Of a stretch of DNA of 64,000 nt, positions 1 through 11,586 are shown piece by piece. The notes beneath the pieces are model-generated. The model saw only the letters and a list, made by a program, of their open reading frames with translations. It was not told the origin of the DNA and searched no databases. The stretch is from positions 162,676 through 226,675 of the forward strand of contig JAWLBL010000010.1 in the NCBI GenBank assembly GCA_041687695.1, read 5' to 3'. Both the position numbers and the translations under genes were made by a program. How positions within the stretch are numbered: the stretch's first letter is position 1; every line of letters starts with the position of its first letter. Source of the DNA: Myxococcota bacterium (GTDB lineage Bacteria; Myxococcota_A; UBA9042; PHBI01; JAWLBL01).

Positions 1-1
1 G

Positions 2-1863
2 TGCGTGGCGCAACAGTGCGTGCACCAGGCCGGGACCGAGGTGACCTGCCCGACGCCTCCGGGCGCGCCGTGCACGGAGGCGGTCTGCGACCCGGGCACC
101 GGCACCTGCGTGAACCAGCCGGCGGCGGGGACGCCGGCCTGCGACGACGGCAGCGCGTGCACCATCCTGGACCGCTGTCAGGCGGGGGCCTGCAAGGGGC
201 TCAAGCGCAACTGCGACGACGGCAACCCGTGCACCGCGGACAGCTGCGATCCGGCCATTGGCTGCGTGAACGCGCCGACCGCGAACGGCACGACCTGTGA
301 CCTGGCGGGGTGCCCCGACGGCGGCCTGTGCAGCGGCGGCTCCTGCCAGCCCAGCGGGGCTCAGGCCTGCGGGTGCGCCAGCGACGCCGACTGCGCGGCC
401 CACGAGGACGGCGACTTCTGCAACGGCACGCTGCGCTGCGGCGCCGACGGGCAGTGCCAGGTCGATCCGGCGACGGTCGTCGCCTGCCCGGCGGACCCCA
501 CGGGGTGCACGGTCGCGGCCTGCGATCCGGCGACCGGCGCCTGCCTGGCCGAGGTGCTGCCGGATGGGACCCTGTGCAACGACGGCGACGCCTGCACCAG
601 CGGCGACGCCTGCCTCTCCGGCGGCTGCGCGGGCGTGCCGGTCGGGTGCGACGACGGCGTCCCGTGTACGCGGGACAGCTGCGACCCGGTGCTCGGGTGC
701 ATCCACGAGGACTTCGCGGGGCCGTGCGACGACGGCAACCCGTGCACGACCGACGACGTGTGCGTCGACGGGACGTGCTCGGGCGTGACGATCGTGTGCG
801 ACGACGGCGAGTTCTGCACCGTCGGCTCGTGCACGACCGCCAAGGGGTGCGTCTTCAACCCGAAGGGCGCCGTCGTGTGCGACGACGGCAACCCGTGCAC
901 GACGGGCGACAAGTGCAGCGCCGGCGAGTGCAAGGGCAACCCGGTCTGCGGCTGCGAGGTCGACGCCGACTGCGCCGCGTCGCAGCCGGCCGACAAGTGC
1001 GAGGGTCAGCTGGTCTGCGTCGAGGGCGCCTGCGTCATCGACCCGGCCACGGTGCCGAGCTGCCCGGCGTCGACGGCGTGCCTCGACTCGGTCTGCGACG
1101 CGGCGACCGGCGCCTGCCAGGTCACTCCCAAGAACGAGGGCGGCGCCTGTGACGACGGCGACGCCTGCACCGAGGACGACACCTGCGTCGAGGGCGCCTG
1201 CCTCGGCGACGCCGTGACCTGCCCGGACACCGACGAGCCCTGCAAAGAGATCGTCTGCGTGCCCGAGGTGGGCTGCGCGATGCAGGACTCGACGGCGCCC
1301 TGCAACGACGGCGAGAGCTGCACGGTCGACGACCGCTGCGTCGGCGGCCAGTGCGTCGGCCAGGCCCCGCCCACCTTCGCGTCGGGCTTCGACGACGGGG
1401 ATCTGGCCGACTGGACCCTCTCGACGACGGGTGAGGCGGCCGGCTGGCAGGCCTCCGGAATCACGACGAACACGGGGCCGCTCGCGCTCTACGCGGGCAA
1501 CCCCGCCACCGGCACGCTCTCCGACACGGCGCCCTGGATGGCCATCGCCACCCTGCCACAGGTCTTCGTGCCGCTGGGCGTCACCATCGCCGAGCTGCGG
1601 TTCGCGATGGCGCTCGACGTCGAGGATCCGACGTGCGTGGCCGAGGTCTTCACGGTCGCCGTCAACGGCGCGACGGTCTACACGGCCTGCGCGCCGTCGG
1701 GCGGCTTCACGCTGGTCACGGTCGACCTCACGGCCTTCGCCGGCTCGGTCGTCGAGGTCCAGCTCGTGATGGACACGGTCTCCACCTCCACCAGCGGCGC
1801 GATGGGCGCCGTCGTCGACGACCTCGTGCTCGACTGGGCCTGCCCGGTCGCCGGAGGGCTCTG

Positions 1864-1864
<1 letters not shown>
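2..1864 (+). CDS. Cys-rich repeat surface protein (CDDGNPCTxDxC repeats) with a C-terminal beta-sandwich (MAM/adhesin-like) domain; 5' end lies outside the window
   Basis: The frame is open from the window edge, with many CDDG(N/D)xCTxxDxC repeats. The C-terminal ~150 aa is Cys-poor and beta-rich (FDDGDLADWT...VVDDLVL). Its TGA overlaps the next ATG (TGATG, 1862-1866). Confidence 0.8.
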
Positions 1865-3618
<1,754 letters not shown>

Positions 3619-3624
3619 CGCGGC

Positions 3625-3687
3625 CGGCTGCACGGACTTGGGCGGTCCGGGGCCGAGGCCTCGGGACCGCCTAAGTCCGTGCAGCCG
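3625..3687. repeat. Long inverted repeat (24-bp arms, 1 mismatch); terminator-like hairpin or small palindromic element
   Basis: CGGCTGCACGGACTTGGGCGGTCC (3625-3648) pairs with GGACCGCCTAAGTCCGTGCAGCCG (3664-3687). Confidence 0.8.
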
Positions 3688-3731
3688 CGGGGACGATCGT
3701 GTACCTTCGCGCGCCTTGTTGGAGGTTCACG

Positions 3732-5477
3732 ATGTCCGAACGCCACGACCGCATCGTCCAGCGGCTGACCGCCGCTGCGCGCCAGGCCATGCAACAGGCG
3801 CTTGGGGTCGACGCCGACCCCGACGTGCGCGAGACCAGTGACCCGCGCTTCGGCGACTATCAGATCAACGGCGTGCTCCCCCTGGCCAAGTCGCTCAAGA
3901 AGAACCCGCGCGAGCTGGCGAACCAGGTGCTGGGCGCGCTCGACACGGGCGGGATGTGCCTGGCCCCCGAGATCGCCGGCCCTGGCTTCATCAACCTTCG
4001 CCTCGACCCCGCGTGGGTCGCGGCCGAGGTCGCGCGCCGCACCACCGACACGGCGCGCATGGGGCTGGGCCCGGCCGAGCAGCCCCAGAGCGTCGTCATC
4101 GACTTCTCGAGCCCCAACGTCGCCAAGCGCATGCACGTCGGGCACCTGCGCTCGACCATCATCGGCGACGCCCTGGCGCGCACCCTGCGCTTTCTGGGCC
4201 ACCGGGTCGTCGGCGACAACCACATCGGCGACTGGGGCACCCAGTTCGGCATCCTGATCTGGGCCTGGAAGCACCACGCCGATCCCGCGAACCTCGAGGC
4301 CGACCCCATCGGCGAGCTCGAGCGCCTGTACAAGCTCGGCAGCGAGCAGGCCAAGGGCGACCCGGCCATCGCCGAGGCCACCCGCGCCGAGCTGGCGCGT
4401 CTGCAGCAGGGCGACGCCGACAACCTCGCCCTGTGGCACCGCTTCGTCGCCATCTCGCGCGCCGAGGCCGAGCGCATCTACCACCGCCTGGGCGTCGCCT
4501 TCGACACCTGGCACGGCGAGAGCTTCTACAACGACGCGCTGCCGGGCGTGGTCGAGGAGCTGAAGGCCAAGGGCCTCGCGCGGCAGAGCCAGGGCGCCAT
4601 GGCCGTCTTCTTCCCCGAGGAGACCGGGATGGCCGAGCAGCCCTTCCTGGTCCAGAAGTCGGACGGGGCCTTCCTGTACTCGACGACCGACATCGCGACC
4701 CTGCAGCACCGGCGTGAGGCCTATCAGCCGGACCGCATCATCTACGTCGTCGACGTGCGCCAGTCGCTGCATTTCAAGCAGCTCTTCACGACCGCCCGCA
4801 TGCTGGGCATGGACGCCGTCGACCTCGAGCACGTCGGCTTCGGCATGATGCTGGGCGCCGACGGACGGCCCTTCAAGACGCGCGAGGGCGGCACCATCAC
4901 CCTCGAGGCCCTGCTCGACGAGGCCGAGGAGCGCGTGCTGCCCATCGTGCGCGAGAAGTGGCCCAACGCGAGCGACGCCGAGCAGCGCGAGATCGCCTCC
5001 GCCGTCGGCATCGGCGCCGTCAAGTACGCCGACCTGTCGCAGAACCTGGCCACCGACTACAAGTTCGAGTGGGACAAGCTGCTGGCCTTCGACGGCAACA
5101 CCGGGCCCTACCTGCTGTACACGCTCGTCCGCACCCGGGCCATCCTGCGCGAGAACGAGGCCCGCTTCGGCGAGGCCTTCGTCCCGTCGGGCGAGCCGCT
5201 CACCCTGGTCATGGACCAGGAGAAGGAGCTCGCCAAGGAGCTGCTCCGCTTCGGCGACGTCCTCGACCGGGTCGGGCGCCTGTCGCGCCCCCACATGCTG
5301 TGCGAGTACCTGTTCGGCCTCGCCCGCAAGACCAACCCGTTCTACGCGGCCTGCCCGGTGCTGCGCGCCGAGACGGACGCCCTGCGCCGCTCGCGCCTGA
5401 CCCTGTGCGCCGCGACCGCCCAGACGCTGGCCATCGGCCTGTCGTGCCTGAACATCCCGACGGTCGAGCGCATGTGA
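3732..5477 (+). CDS. argS: Arginine--tRNA ligase
   Basis: DFSSPNVAKRMHVGHLRSTIIGD (HIGH), GDWGTQFG, FKTREGG and GNTGPYLLY. GGAGG RBS at 3721. Confidence 0.97.
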   Translation: MSERHDRIVQRLTAAARQAMQQALGVDADPDVRETSDPRFGDYQINGVLPLAKSLKKNPRELANQVLGALDTGGMCLAPEIAGPGFINLRLDPAWVAAEVARRTTDTARMGLGPAEQPQSVVIDFSSPNVAKRMHVGHLRSTIIGDALARTLRFLGHRVVGDNHIGDWGTQFGILIWAWKHHADPANLEADPIGELERLYKLGSEQAKGDPAIAEATRAELARLQQGDADNLALWHRFVAISRAEAERIYHRLGVAFDTWHGESFYNDALPGVVEELKAKGLARQSQGAMAVFFPEETGMAEQPFLVQKSDGAFLYSTTDIATLQHRREAYQPDRIIYVVDVRQSLHFKQLFTTARMLGMDAVDLEHVGFGMMLGADGRPFKTREGGTITLEALLDEAEERVLPIVREKWPNASDAEQREIASAVGIGAVKYADLSQNLATDYKFEWDKLLAFDGNTGPYLLYTLVRTRAILRENEARFGEAFVPSGEPLTLVMDQEKELAKELLRFGDVLDRVGRLSRPHMLCEYLFGLARKTNPFYAACPVLRAETDALRRSRLTLCAATAQTLAIGLSCLNIPTVERM

Positions 5478-5480
5478 CCG

Positions 5481-5504
5481 CGCTGGCGACCCCGGTCGCC
5501 AGCG
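5481..5504 (+). terminator. GC-rich hairpin immediately after argS
   Basis: CGCTGGCGACC-CC-GGTCGCCAGCG is a perfect inverted repeat; there is no clear U-tract. Confidence 0.55.
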
Positions 5505-5559
5505 TCGCGCCCCGATCCGTCGGGGGCCTCAGGAACGCTCGAATGGGGGAAATTCCGCC

Positions 5560-5698
5560 TGGTGGGGCCGCCGGATCGGCTGGTGGCCCCGCCGGACCCC
5601 ATGGTGACCCCGTTACATGGGGTGGTGACCCCGTTAGCCACGGGTGGTGACCCCGTTAGCCAGGGGTGGTGACCCCGAAACCCAGCCCGGTGGCGAAA
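5560..5698. repeat. Imperfect tandem repeat with a 21-22 bp period and core TGGTGACCCCG(TTA)
   Basis: Cores start at 5560 and 5581 (degenerate), 5602, 5623, 5645 and 5667 (exact), and 5688 (degenerate). Confidence 0.75.
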
Positions 5699-5761
5699 AA
5701 TCTCGCTATCCCGAGGCCCGAAGCGCCCATCGCCCCGACTCGCGTCGGGGCCTGGGGGCGG

Positions 5762-6625
5762 TCAGAACAGCAGCCGCGCCAGCTTGCGCCGCAGCTGCTC
5801 GATCGCCTCGTCGCCGCGACCGGCGGCCTCGAAGAGCATCGAGGCGGCCTTCTTCGCCCGGTCGCGCAGCTCGGCCGGCGCCGAGCCCACCAGGGTCACG
5901 AGCGTCCCGAGCCCCGAGGCGAACTGGCCGCGGGCTCCTTCCGCCAGCGCTACCAGATAGGCGGCCTCGGCGTCGCCGGGGTCGCGTCCGAGCCGATCCC
6001 GAACGGCGGCCTCGCCGCCCGCGGCCGCGACCTCTCCGCTGAGCTCCTTGAGCGCCAGCGCCGCGCGCCCGGCGTTGTACTCGGGCATCTTCGGGTCGAT
6101 CTTGCCGAGGACGGCCTCGGCCTCGTCCACACGCCCGCTGGTCATGAGCAGGCGCCCGAGCTCGAGCAGCGCCTTGCCGTCCGCGGCGTCCTTGGCGACG
6201 CGATCGCGCCAGAAGCGTTCGGCCTGCTCCGGGTCGGCCGGGGGGCCCGCCTCCTCGGCCTCGGGGGCCTCGACGCCCGCGGCCTGCAGGACGCTCTCGA
6301 CGAAGCGCTTGACCTCGGCCTTGGGCAGCGCGCCGACGAAGCTGTCGACGTAGGCGCCCTGGAAGACGGCGACCACGGTCGGGATCGACTGCGCCTGGAA
6401 CGCCTGCGCCAGCCGCGGGTTCTTGTCGACGTCGACCTTGGCCAGGCGGAAGGCGCCCTTCATCTCGTCGGCCAGGCCCTCGAGGATGGGCCCCAGCGTC
6501 TTGCAGGGGCCGCACCACGAGGCCCAGAAGTCGACCAGCACCGGCGCCTTCAGGCTGTACTCGATGATGTCCTTCTGAAAGGTGGCCTCGGTGACGTCGA
6601 CGACGTGCTGCGACTTGCCGGCCAT
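5762..6625 (-). CDS. Thioredoxin-TPR co-chaperone (YbbN/CnoX family)
   Basis: PVLVDFWASWCGPCK thioredoxin motif, followed by a helical TPR-like region ending RRKLARLLF. Confidence 0.9.
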   Translation of the reverse strand: MAGKSQHVVDVTEATFQKDIIEYSLKAPVLVDFWASWCGPCKTLGPILEGLADEMKGAFRLAKVDVDKNPRLAQAFQAQSIPTVVAVFQGAYVDSFVGALPKAEVKRFVESVLQAAGVEAPEAEEAGPPADPEQAERFWRDRVAKDAADGKALLELGRLLMTSGRVDEAEAVLGKIDPKMPEYNAGRAALALKELSGEVAAAGGEAAVRDRLGRDPGDAEAAYLVALAEGARGQFASGLGTLVTLVGSAPAELRDRAKKAASMLFEAAGRGDEAIEQLRRKLARLLF

Positions 6626-6731
6626 GCGGTGCTCCAACGGGACAGCCAGGGGGATGGGCCAGGGGATGATGTGGGCTGGCGGCGAGGATAGGGGCCGCCA
6701 CCCACCTTCTCAATAGTTGGGACGAGACCCC

Positions 6732-8864
6732 TCAGAACTGCGAGCCGTCCGCCTTGGTGCCCGGCGTCGGCGCGCCCAACACGAACGCGGCGGCCTCGTC
6801 GCCGTCGACGGCCCGGGCCAGGGCCTTGTCCTGGCCGCCCTCGGCGCCGTAGGCCACCTCGGCGACCGGGTTGCCGTCCACGTCGGCCAGCCGCACCCGG
6901 TCGCCGCCGTTGTTGAGCCCCAGCATCCCGGTCGTCGCGGTCTGCACGAGGGTCGTGCCGACCTGCAGGTTCGGCGTCCCGCCGCCGAAGACCACCAGCG
7001 CGCCACCCGGCGCGAGCACCGTGCCGCTGGGGAGCTGGTGCCGGACACCGACCGCGTCGCTGATCGTCCAGCGGCTGAGGTCCACCTCGGCCCCGCCGAC
7101 GTTGACGATCTCGACGAACTCGTCCTGCGAGGCGTCGCGGTGGCCGTCGCCGTTGACGTCGCCCGCCGCCCCGTTGGCCGGGTCCGCCAGCAGCTCGTTG
7201 ATGACCAGCTTCGGCGCCTCGATCTCCTTGACGCAGGACAGGCTCTCGGGGACGCAGACCTTGCCCGACAGGGTCCCGCTGGCCTGCGTGTGGCGGCAGG
7301 CGAAGCCGGCGCCGCAGTCGCGGCTGGCCGTGCACTGCGGCGTGCACGCGCGGCTGCCGTCGCCCATGACCGTGCAGCGCATGCCCTCGCCGCAGTTCGC
7401 GTTGGTCTTGCAGGTCGTGCAGGTCTTGGCCGGGTCGGCGAAGGGGTGCACGGTCGGGTTGTCGTCGATGCCGTGGACGCCGTACATCGTCGTGAACCAG
7501 GTCGAGTTCGCGTCCAGCTCGTTCAGCAGCTCGCCGTAGGTCTTCGGCGCCGCCTTCTTGTCCCAGCGGCCGCCCATCAGCGCCGTCAGCGTGTCGATGA
7601 CCGTGCCGGCCGTGGCCGCGTTCGAGAAGCTGGTCGTCGTGATGACGTCGAGGTCCTCGAGGCCCGGCTTGCTGGGGTTGAGGTAGAAGGCGTGCCCGAT
7701 GGCGTAGGTGTCGCAGCCCTCGGCCACGATGAGCTGGTAGGTGCCCACGTTCAGCTCGGCCTCCATCAGCTCGGAGTCGTCGACGTCACCCGCCGACGTC
7801 GTGCGCCAGTTGGCCAGCGCGAAGCCGTAGAAGGGACCCGAGTGACCGCTGAAGATCACGACCTCGCGGTTGGCGAGGCTGTCGAACATGTCGGCCTCGA
7901 GCTGCAGGCCGCCCTTGGTGGTGTCGGGGTTGGTGTCCGGGTCGCCCGAGCGGCCCCAGAAGAGCGAGACCTCGGCCTGCACCGGCTTGCCGCCGTAGGT
8001 GAAGGATCCGACCAGCGGCCCGGCGTCGTGCCGCAGATCCGCCCAGGAGCCCACCGGCGACTTGAAGCCCTTGGCGACCAGGAAGTCGTAGACGGCCTTG
8101 GAGTGCTTCTCGTGGTAGGCGTTGTGGTAGTCCCACCCGAAGTGGATGCCCATGGTCACCTTGCCGTCCGCGTACAGCCGGTTGGTGTCGATCCACGCGT
8201 CGTCGCTGCGCGGCTCGGGGCGGATGGTCAGGACCTGGATGGTCTTCTTGTCGTCCGAGACCTTGCTGGGGTCGAACGACCCCCACGGGCTCGACCGGTA
8301 CCACTCGCGGTCGGTCTCGAGCTTCTGCATCTCGGTGTTCGAGATCTTGCCGATCCACAGGTCGAACTCGTAGGCGTCGGGCCCCACGGACCGCGCGCCC
8401 GGCAGCGCGGCGATGAGGTCCATCTGGCCGCCGACCTCTTGCCGCAGCGTGAACGACCAGGTCAGGGGCTGGCCCTCGACCGCGCGTAGATCCATGTCCT
8501 CGTAGGACCCGTTCTTGGTCAGCGCCTTGAACCCGCCGTAGGCGTCGTCCCCGTCCTTGTCGACCAGGTAGGTGTTGAGGAACCACCCGATGACGACCTG
8601 CTTGTACGGGATGAGCCGCTGCACCTCGGCCAGCTGCTGCGCCTCGGTCTTGTCGGCCCACGACGCGTCGAGCGTAATCGTGGTGCGACCCTCGACGTAG
8701 TACTCCTGCGCGCTGCGGCTATAGAAGTCGTCGGCCTTGCCGGCCGGGACGACGGTGGCGATCTCGTCGTCCTGCGGCGCGGTGGCGGCGTCGTCGCAGG
8801 CGAAGAGCGGCAGGGCCGCGAGCGCGAGGAAGGGCAGGGCGGGCAGCAGGGAAGGGCGCGGCAT
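6732..8864 (-). CDS. Lipoprotein with a large unassigned domain (possible clan CD protease dyad), a Cys-rich linker and a C-terminal lamin-tail domain (LTD)
   Basis: Lipobox LFAC and a GKADD motif. LTD signature LVINELLAD...DEFVEIVN...VDLSRWTISD...LNNGGDRVRL...TPG. GGAGA RBS. Confidence 0.8.
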   Translation of the reverse strand: MPRPSLLPALPFLALAALPLFACDDAATAPQDDEIATVVPAGKADDFYSRSAQEYYVEGRTTITLDASWADKTEAQQLAEVQRLIPYKQVVIGWFLNTYLVDKDGDDAYGGFKALTKNGSYEDMDLRAVEGQPLTWSFTLRQEVGGQMDLIAALPGARSVGPDAYEFDLWIGKISNTEMQKLETDREWYRSSPWGSFDPSKVSDDKKTIQVLTIRPEPRSDDAWIDTNRLYADGKVTMGIHFGWDYHNAYHEKHSKAVYDFLVAKGFKSPVGSWADLRHDAGPLVGSFTYGGKPVQAEVSLFWGRSGDPDTNPDTTKGGLQLEADMFDSLANREVVIFSGHSGPFYGFALANWRTTSAGDVDDSELMEAELNVGTYQLIVAEGCDTYAIGHAFYLNPSKPGLEDLDVITTTSFSNAATAGTVIDTLTALMGGRWDKKAAPKTYGELLNELDANSTWFTTMYGVHGIDDNPTVHPFADPAKTCTTCKTNANCGEGMRCTVMGDGSRACTPQCTASRDCGAGFACRHTQASGTLSGKVCVPESLSCVKEIEAPKLVINELLADPANGAAGDVNGDGHRDASQDEFVEIVNVGGAEVDLSRWTISDAVGVRHQLPSGTVLAPGGALVVFGGGTPNLQVGTTLVQTATTGMLGLNNGGDRVRLADVDGNPVAEVAYGAEGGQDKALARAVDGDEAAAFVLGAPTPGTKADGSQF

Positions 8865-8901
8865 CTCGTGTCTCCATCGGGCGGTGCGTGCGGGGGCGGT
8901 T

Positions 8902-8917
8902 AGCACACCCCGTGCCA
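8902..8917 (-). promoter_or_regulatory. Sigma54-type -24/-12 promoter of the LTD lipoprotein gene
   Basis: Minus strand reads TGGCAC-GGGGT-GTGCT versus consensus TGGCAC-N5-TTGCW; it lies 38 bp upstream of the ATG at 8864. Confidence 0.65.
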
Positions 8918-9020
8918 TGAGCACAATCCTTGGTAGTGCGCCGCCGGGTCCCCATAATGGGGGGCCTGCCGACCCCAGCCAGCTCCCCCGCCCGCGCCCA
9001 TCCGGCGAAACGAGCCACCC

Positions 9021-11564
9021 ATGAGGATCCGTGTCCGCCCCCGCGCCCTAGGGGCCGCACTGCTCTCGACCCTGCTGCTCGCCCCGGCGACCTCCGACCC
9101 CACCTGGGCGGGGCCTCCAGACCCCAGCCCCCGGCCGCTGGTGGTCCCGTGGTCGGTGGCCGCCGAGGCCGAGGGCGTCGACGCGACCCTCTACCACGCC
9201 GCCGGCCTGGGCTTCGTGTCCGGCCTCGAGCTCGGCCTGGGTGTCCACGCCCGCCTCGACGACGACGCGCCCCCGTCGTCGGTCACCGGCCTGGTCGGCG
9301 GGCGCCTGGGCCCGTTCGCCCTGGGCCTGGGGCTCTCGCGCCTGGGCGACGGCTTCGGCACCTCGGGCGTCAGCCACCGCTTCGACGTCGGGCTCGCGAT
9401 GCGCCTGGGCGACGCGTTCTCCCTCGGCGTCCAGCGCCACAGCCTGTCGCACGACACGGCCGCCGCCCTCGACGACTACGCGGCCTGGTCCCTGTCCGCC
9501 ACCTGGCGCCCGGCCCGCGCCCTGTCCGTCGCCGGCGCCCTCGACCGCGTCGACAAGCCCCGCCTGGGCCTGGCCACCCTGGACCCCGTCGCCCGCCTCA
9601 GCGTCGGCCTGCGGCCCGGGACCGAGCGCCTCACCCTGGCCCTCGAGGCGGCCGCCGACCTCGGCGACGACGGCCCGCTCAGCGGCGCCGCCTCCCTGCG
9701 CGCCATGGTGCTCCCCGGGCTCGGCCTGGGCGCCTACGGGCGCTACTCCGAGGCCGACCTCCTCGGCCCCGAGCGCGTCGAGTGGGGCGCCTGGCTCGGG
9801 CTCTACCAGTCCGGGGTCGTCCTCGAGAGCAGCGTCGACGCCTTCACCCCGTCGGACGACGCCGACCCGTCCGGCGCCGCCCTCGCGTTCCTCTTGCGCG
9901 CCGGCGTCGACCAGACCCCGACCCTGCTGCGCCGCTCGAGCCAGGTCGTGCTGCTGACCGTCCGCGGCACCATCGCCGAGCGCCCCAAGCCCACGCTCTT
10001 CGCCCAGGGGCCCACGCCCTTCGGCCACTGGCTGATGGCCCTCGACGCCATGGGCCGCGACGACGACGTCGCCGGCGTGGTCATCCGCCTCGAGGGGGCC
10101 CCCGGCTGGGGGCAGTCCTGGGAGCTGCGGCAGGCCCTGACGCGCCTCAAGGAGCGCGGCAAGAAGGTCTTCTTCTATCTGAACACCGGCGACATGCGAG
10201 CGATGTACCTGGCCTCGGTCGGCGACCGCATCTGGCTGCACCCGGCGGGCGGCCTGTGGCTGACCGGGCTCGCGGTGACCCAGCAGTACTTCGCCGAGCT
10301 GCTCGGGCGCCTCGGCGTCAACCCCGAGTTCGTCAAGTGGGACGAGTTCAAGTCGGCCCCCGAGCGCCTGACGCGGCGGGGCCCGTCCGACCCGGCGCAG
10401 CTGCAGCAGCGCGTGCTGATGGAGGCCTTCCGCGACGCCTGGTACGACGCCGTGTCGACCGGCCGCAGCCTGCCGCGCGACCAGCTCACGGCCATCCTGG
10501 ACGACGGCCCGCAGACGATGGACATGGCGGTCCAGCTGCGCCTGGTCGACGCGCTGGTCCACCAGGACGAGATCGACGACCGCCTGCGCGAGATCCTGGG
10601 GCCCGGCGCCCATCTGGTGCGCTCGTGGAAGCCGCCGCGCTCGGGCTGGCGCCGCTGGTCCAGCCCGGACCGGGTGGCGATCATCCCCATCGTCGGCAAC
10701 ATCGTCGACGGCAAGACGCTGCCGGCGACCCCGCTGTTCGGCGAGGAGACCACCGGCGACGAGTCCATCGTGCAGGTGCTGCAGAGCGCGGCCAGCGACG
10801 ACGACGTGTTGGGGGTCGTCCTGCGGGTCGACAGCCCCGGAGGCGCCGTCATCGCCAGCGACAAGATGCACCGGGCCGTGCAGCGCGTCGCCCGCCGCAA
10901 GCCGGTCGTCGTCAGCTTCGGCAACATCGCCGCCAGCGGCGGCTACTACGCCGCCGTCGGCGCGCCCACCATCGTCGCGCCGCCGACCACCATCACCGGC
11001 AGCATCGGCATCTTCTCGGGCAAGGTCGACCTCAGCGGGCTCTACGCGCTGCTGGGCATCGACACCTTCACCTACAAGGAGCGGCCGCACGCCGACTTCA
11101 TGGGCGACCACCGGCCCTTCACCCCCGAGGAGCGCGAGCGCGCCCGCGAGCGCCTGCGCACCTATTACATGCGCTTCGTGACCCTGGTGGCGCAGGGCCG
11201 GAACCTGCCGGTCGAGGAGGCCCTCGAGCGCGCCAAGGGCCGCGTCTACCCCGGCTCGCTGGCCATCGACCTGAAGCTGGTCGACCGCGCCGGCTCGCTG
11301 TGGGACGCCATCGCCGAGGTGCGCCGCAAGGCCGGTCAGGACGAGGACGACGCCTTCTCGCTGTCCTACCCCGAGACCCCGCGTGGGCTGGGCGACCTGA
11401 CGCGGATGTTCGCCAGCGAGGTGCTGCTCGAGACCCCGGCGGCGGCCGTCGCCAGCGGAGAGGACGCCGCGCTGGCGGTGGTGCGGCGCCTGGTGCAGGC
11501 CTTGGCGCCGATGCAGCGGGGCGGGGATCTGGCCCGCATGCCGGTCGAGATCGAGATCCGCTGA
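9021..11564 (+). CDS. sppA: Signal peptide peptidase SppA (two S49 domains) with a long N-terminal beta-rich extension
   Basis: FKSAPE (Lys), LRVDSPGG, SFGNIAASGGYY (Ser) and TITGSIGIF. Confidence 0.9.
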   Translation: MRIRVRPRALGAALLSTLLLAPATSDPTWAGPPDPSPRPLVVPWSVAAEAEGVDATLYHAAGLGFVSGLELGLGVHARLDDDAPPSSVTGLVGGRLGPFALGLGLSRLGDGFGTSGVSHRFDVGLAMRLGDAFSLGVQRHSLSHDTAAALDDYAAWSLSATWRPARALSVAGALDRVDKPRLGLATLDPVARLSVGLRPGTERLTLALEAAADLGDDGPLSGAASLRAMVLPGLGLGAYGRYSEADLLGPERVEWGAWLGLYQSGVVLESSVDAFTPSDDADPSGAALAFLLRAGVDQTPTLLRRSSQVVLLTVRGTIAERPKPTLFAQGPTPFGHWLMALDAMGRDDDVAGVVIRLEGAPGWGQSWELRQALTRLKERGKKVFFYLNTGDMRAMYLASVGDRIWLHPAGGLWLTGLAVTQQYFAELLGRLGVNPEFVKWDEFKSAPERLTRRGPSDPAQLQQRVLMEAFRDAWYDAVSTGRSLPRDQLTAILDDGPQTMDMAVQLRLVDALVHQDEIDDRLREILGPGAHLVRSWKPPRSGWRRWSSPDRVAIIPIVGNIVDGKTLPATPLFGEETTGDESIVQVLQSAASDDDVLGVVLRVDSPGGAVIASDKMHRAVQRVARRKPVVVSFGNIAASGGYYAAVGAPTIVAPPTTITGSIGIFSGKVDLSGLYALLGIDTFTYKERPHADFMGDHRPFTPEERERARERLRTYYMRFVTLVAQGRNLPVEEALERAKGRVYPGSLAIDLKLVDRAGSLWDAIAEVRRKAGQDEDDAFSLSYPETPRGLGDLTRMFASEVLLETPAAAVASGEDAALAVVRRLVQALAPMQRGGDLARMPVEIEIR

Positions 11565-11586
11565 GCGGCGCGCGGCCGCCGCCGGC

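Noticed and set aside
5560..5698. Possible CRISPR array
   Set aside because: The period is only 21-22 bp, there are no unique 25-45 bp spacers, and no cas genes are present.
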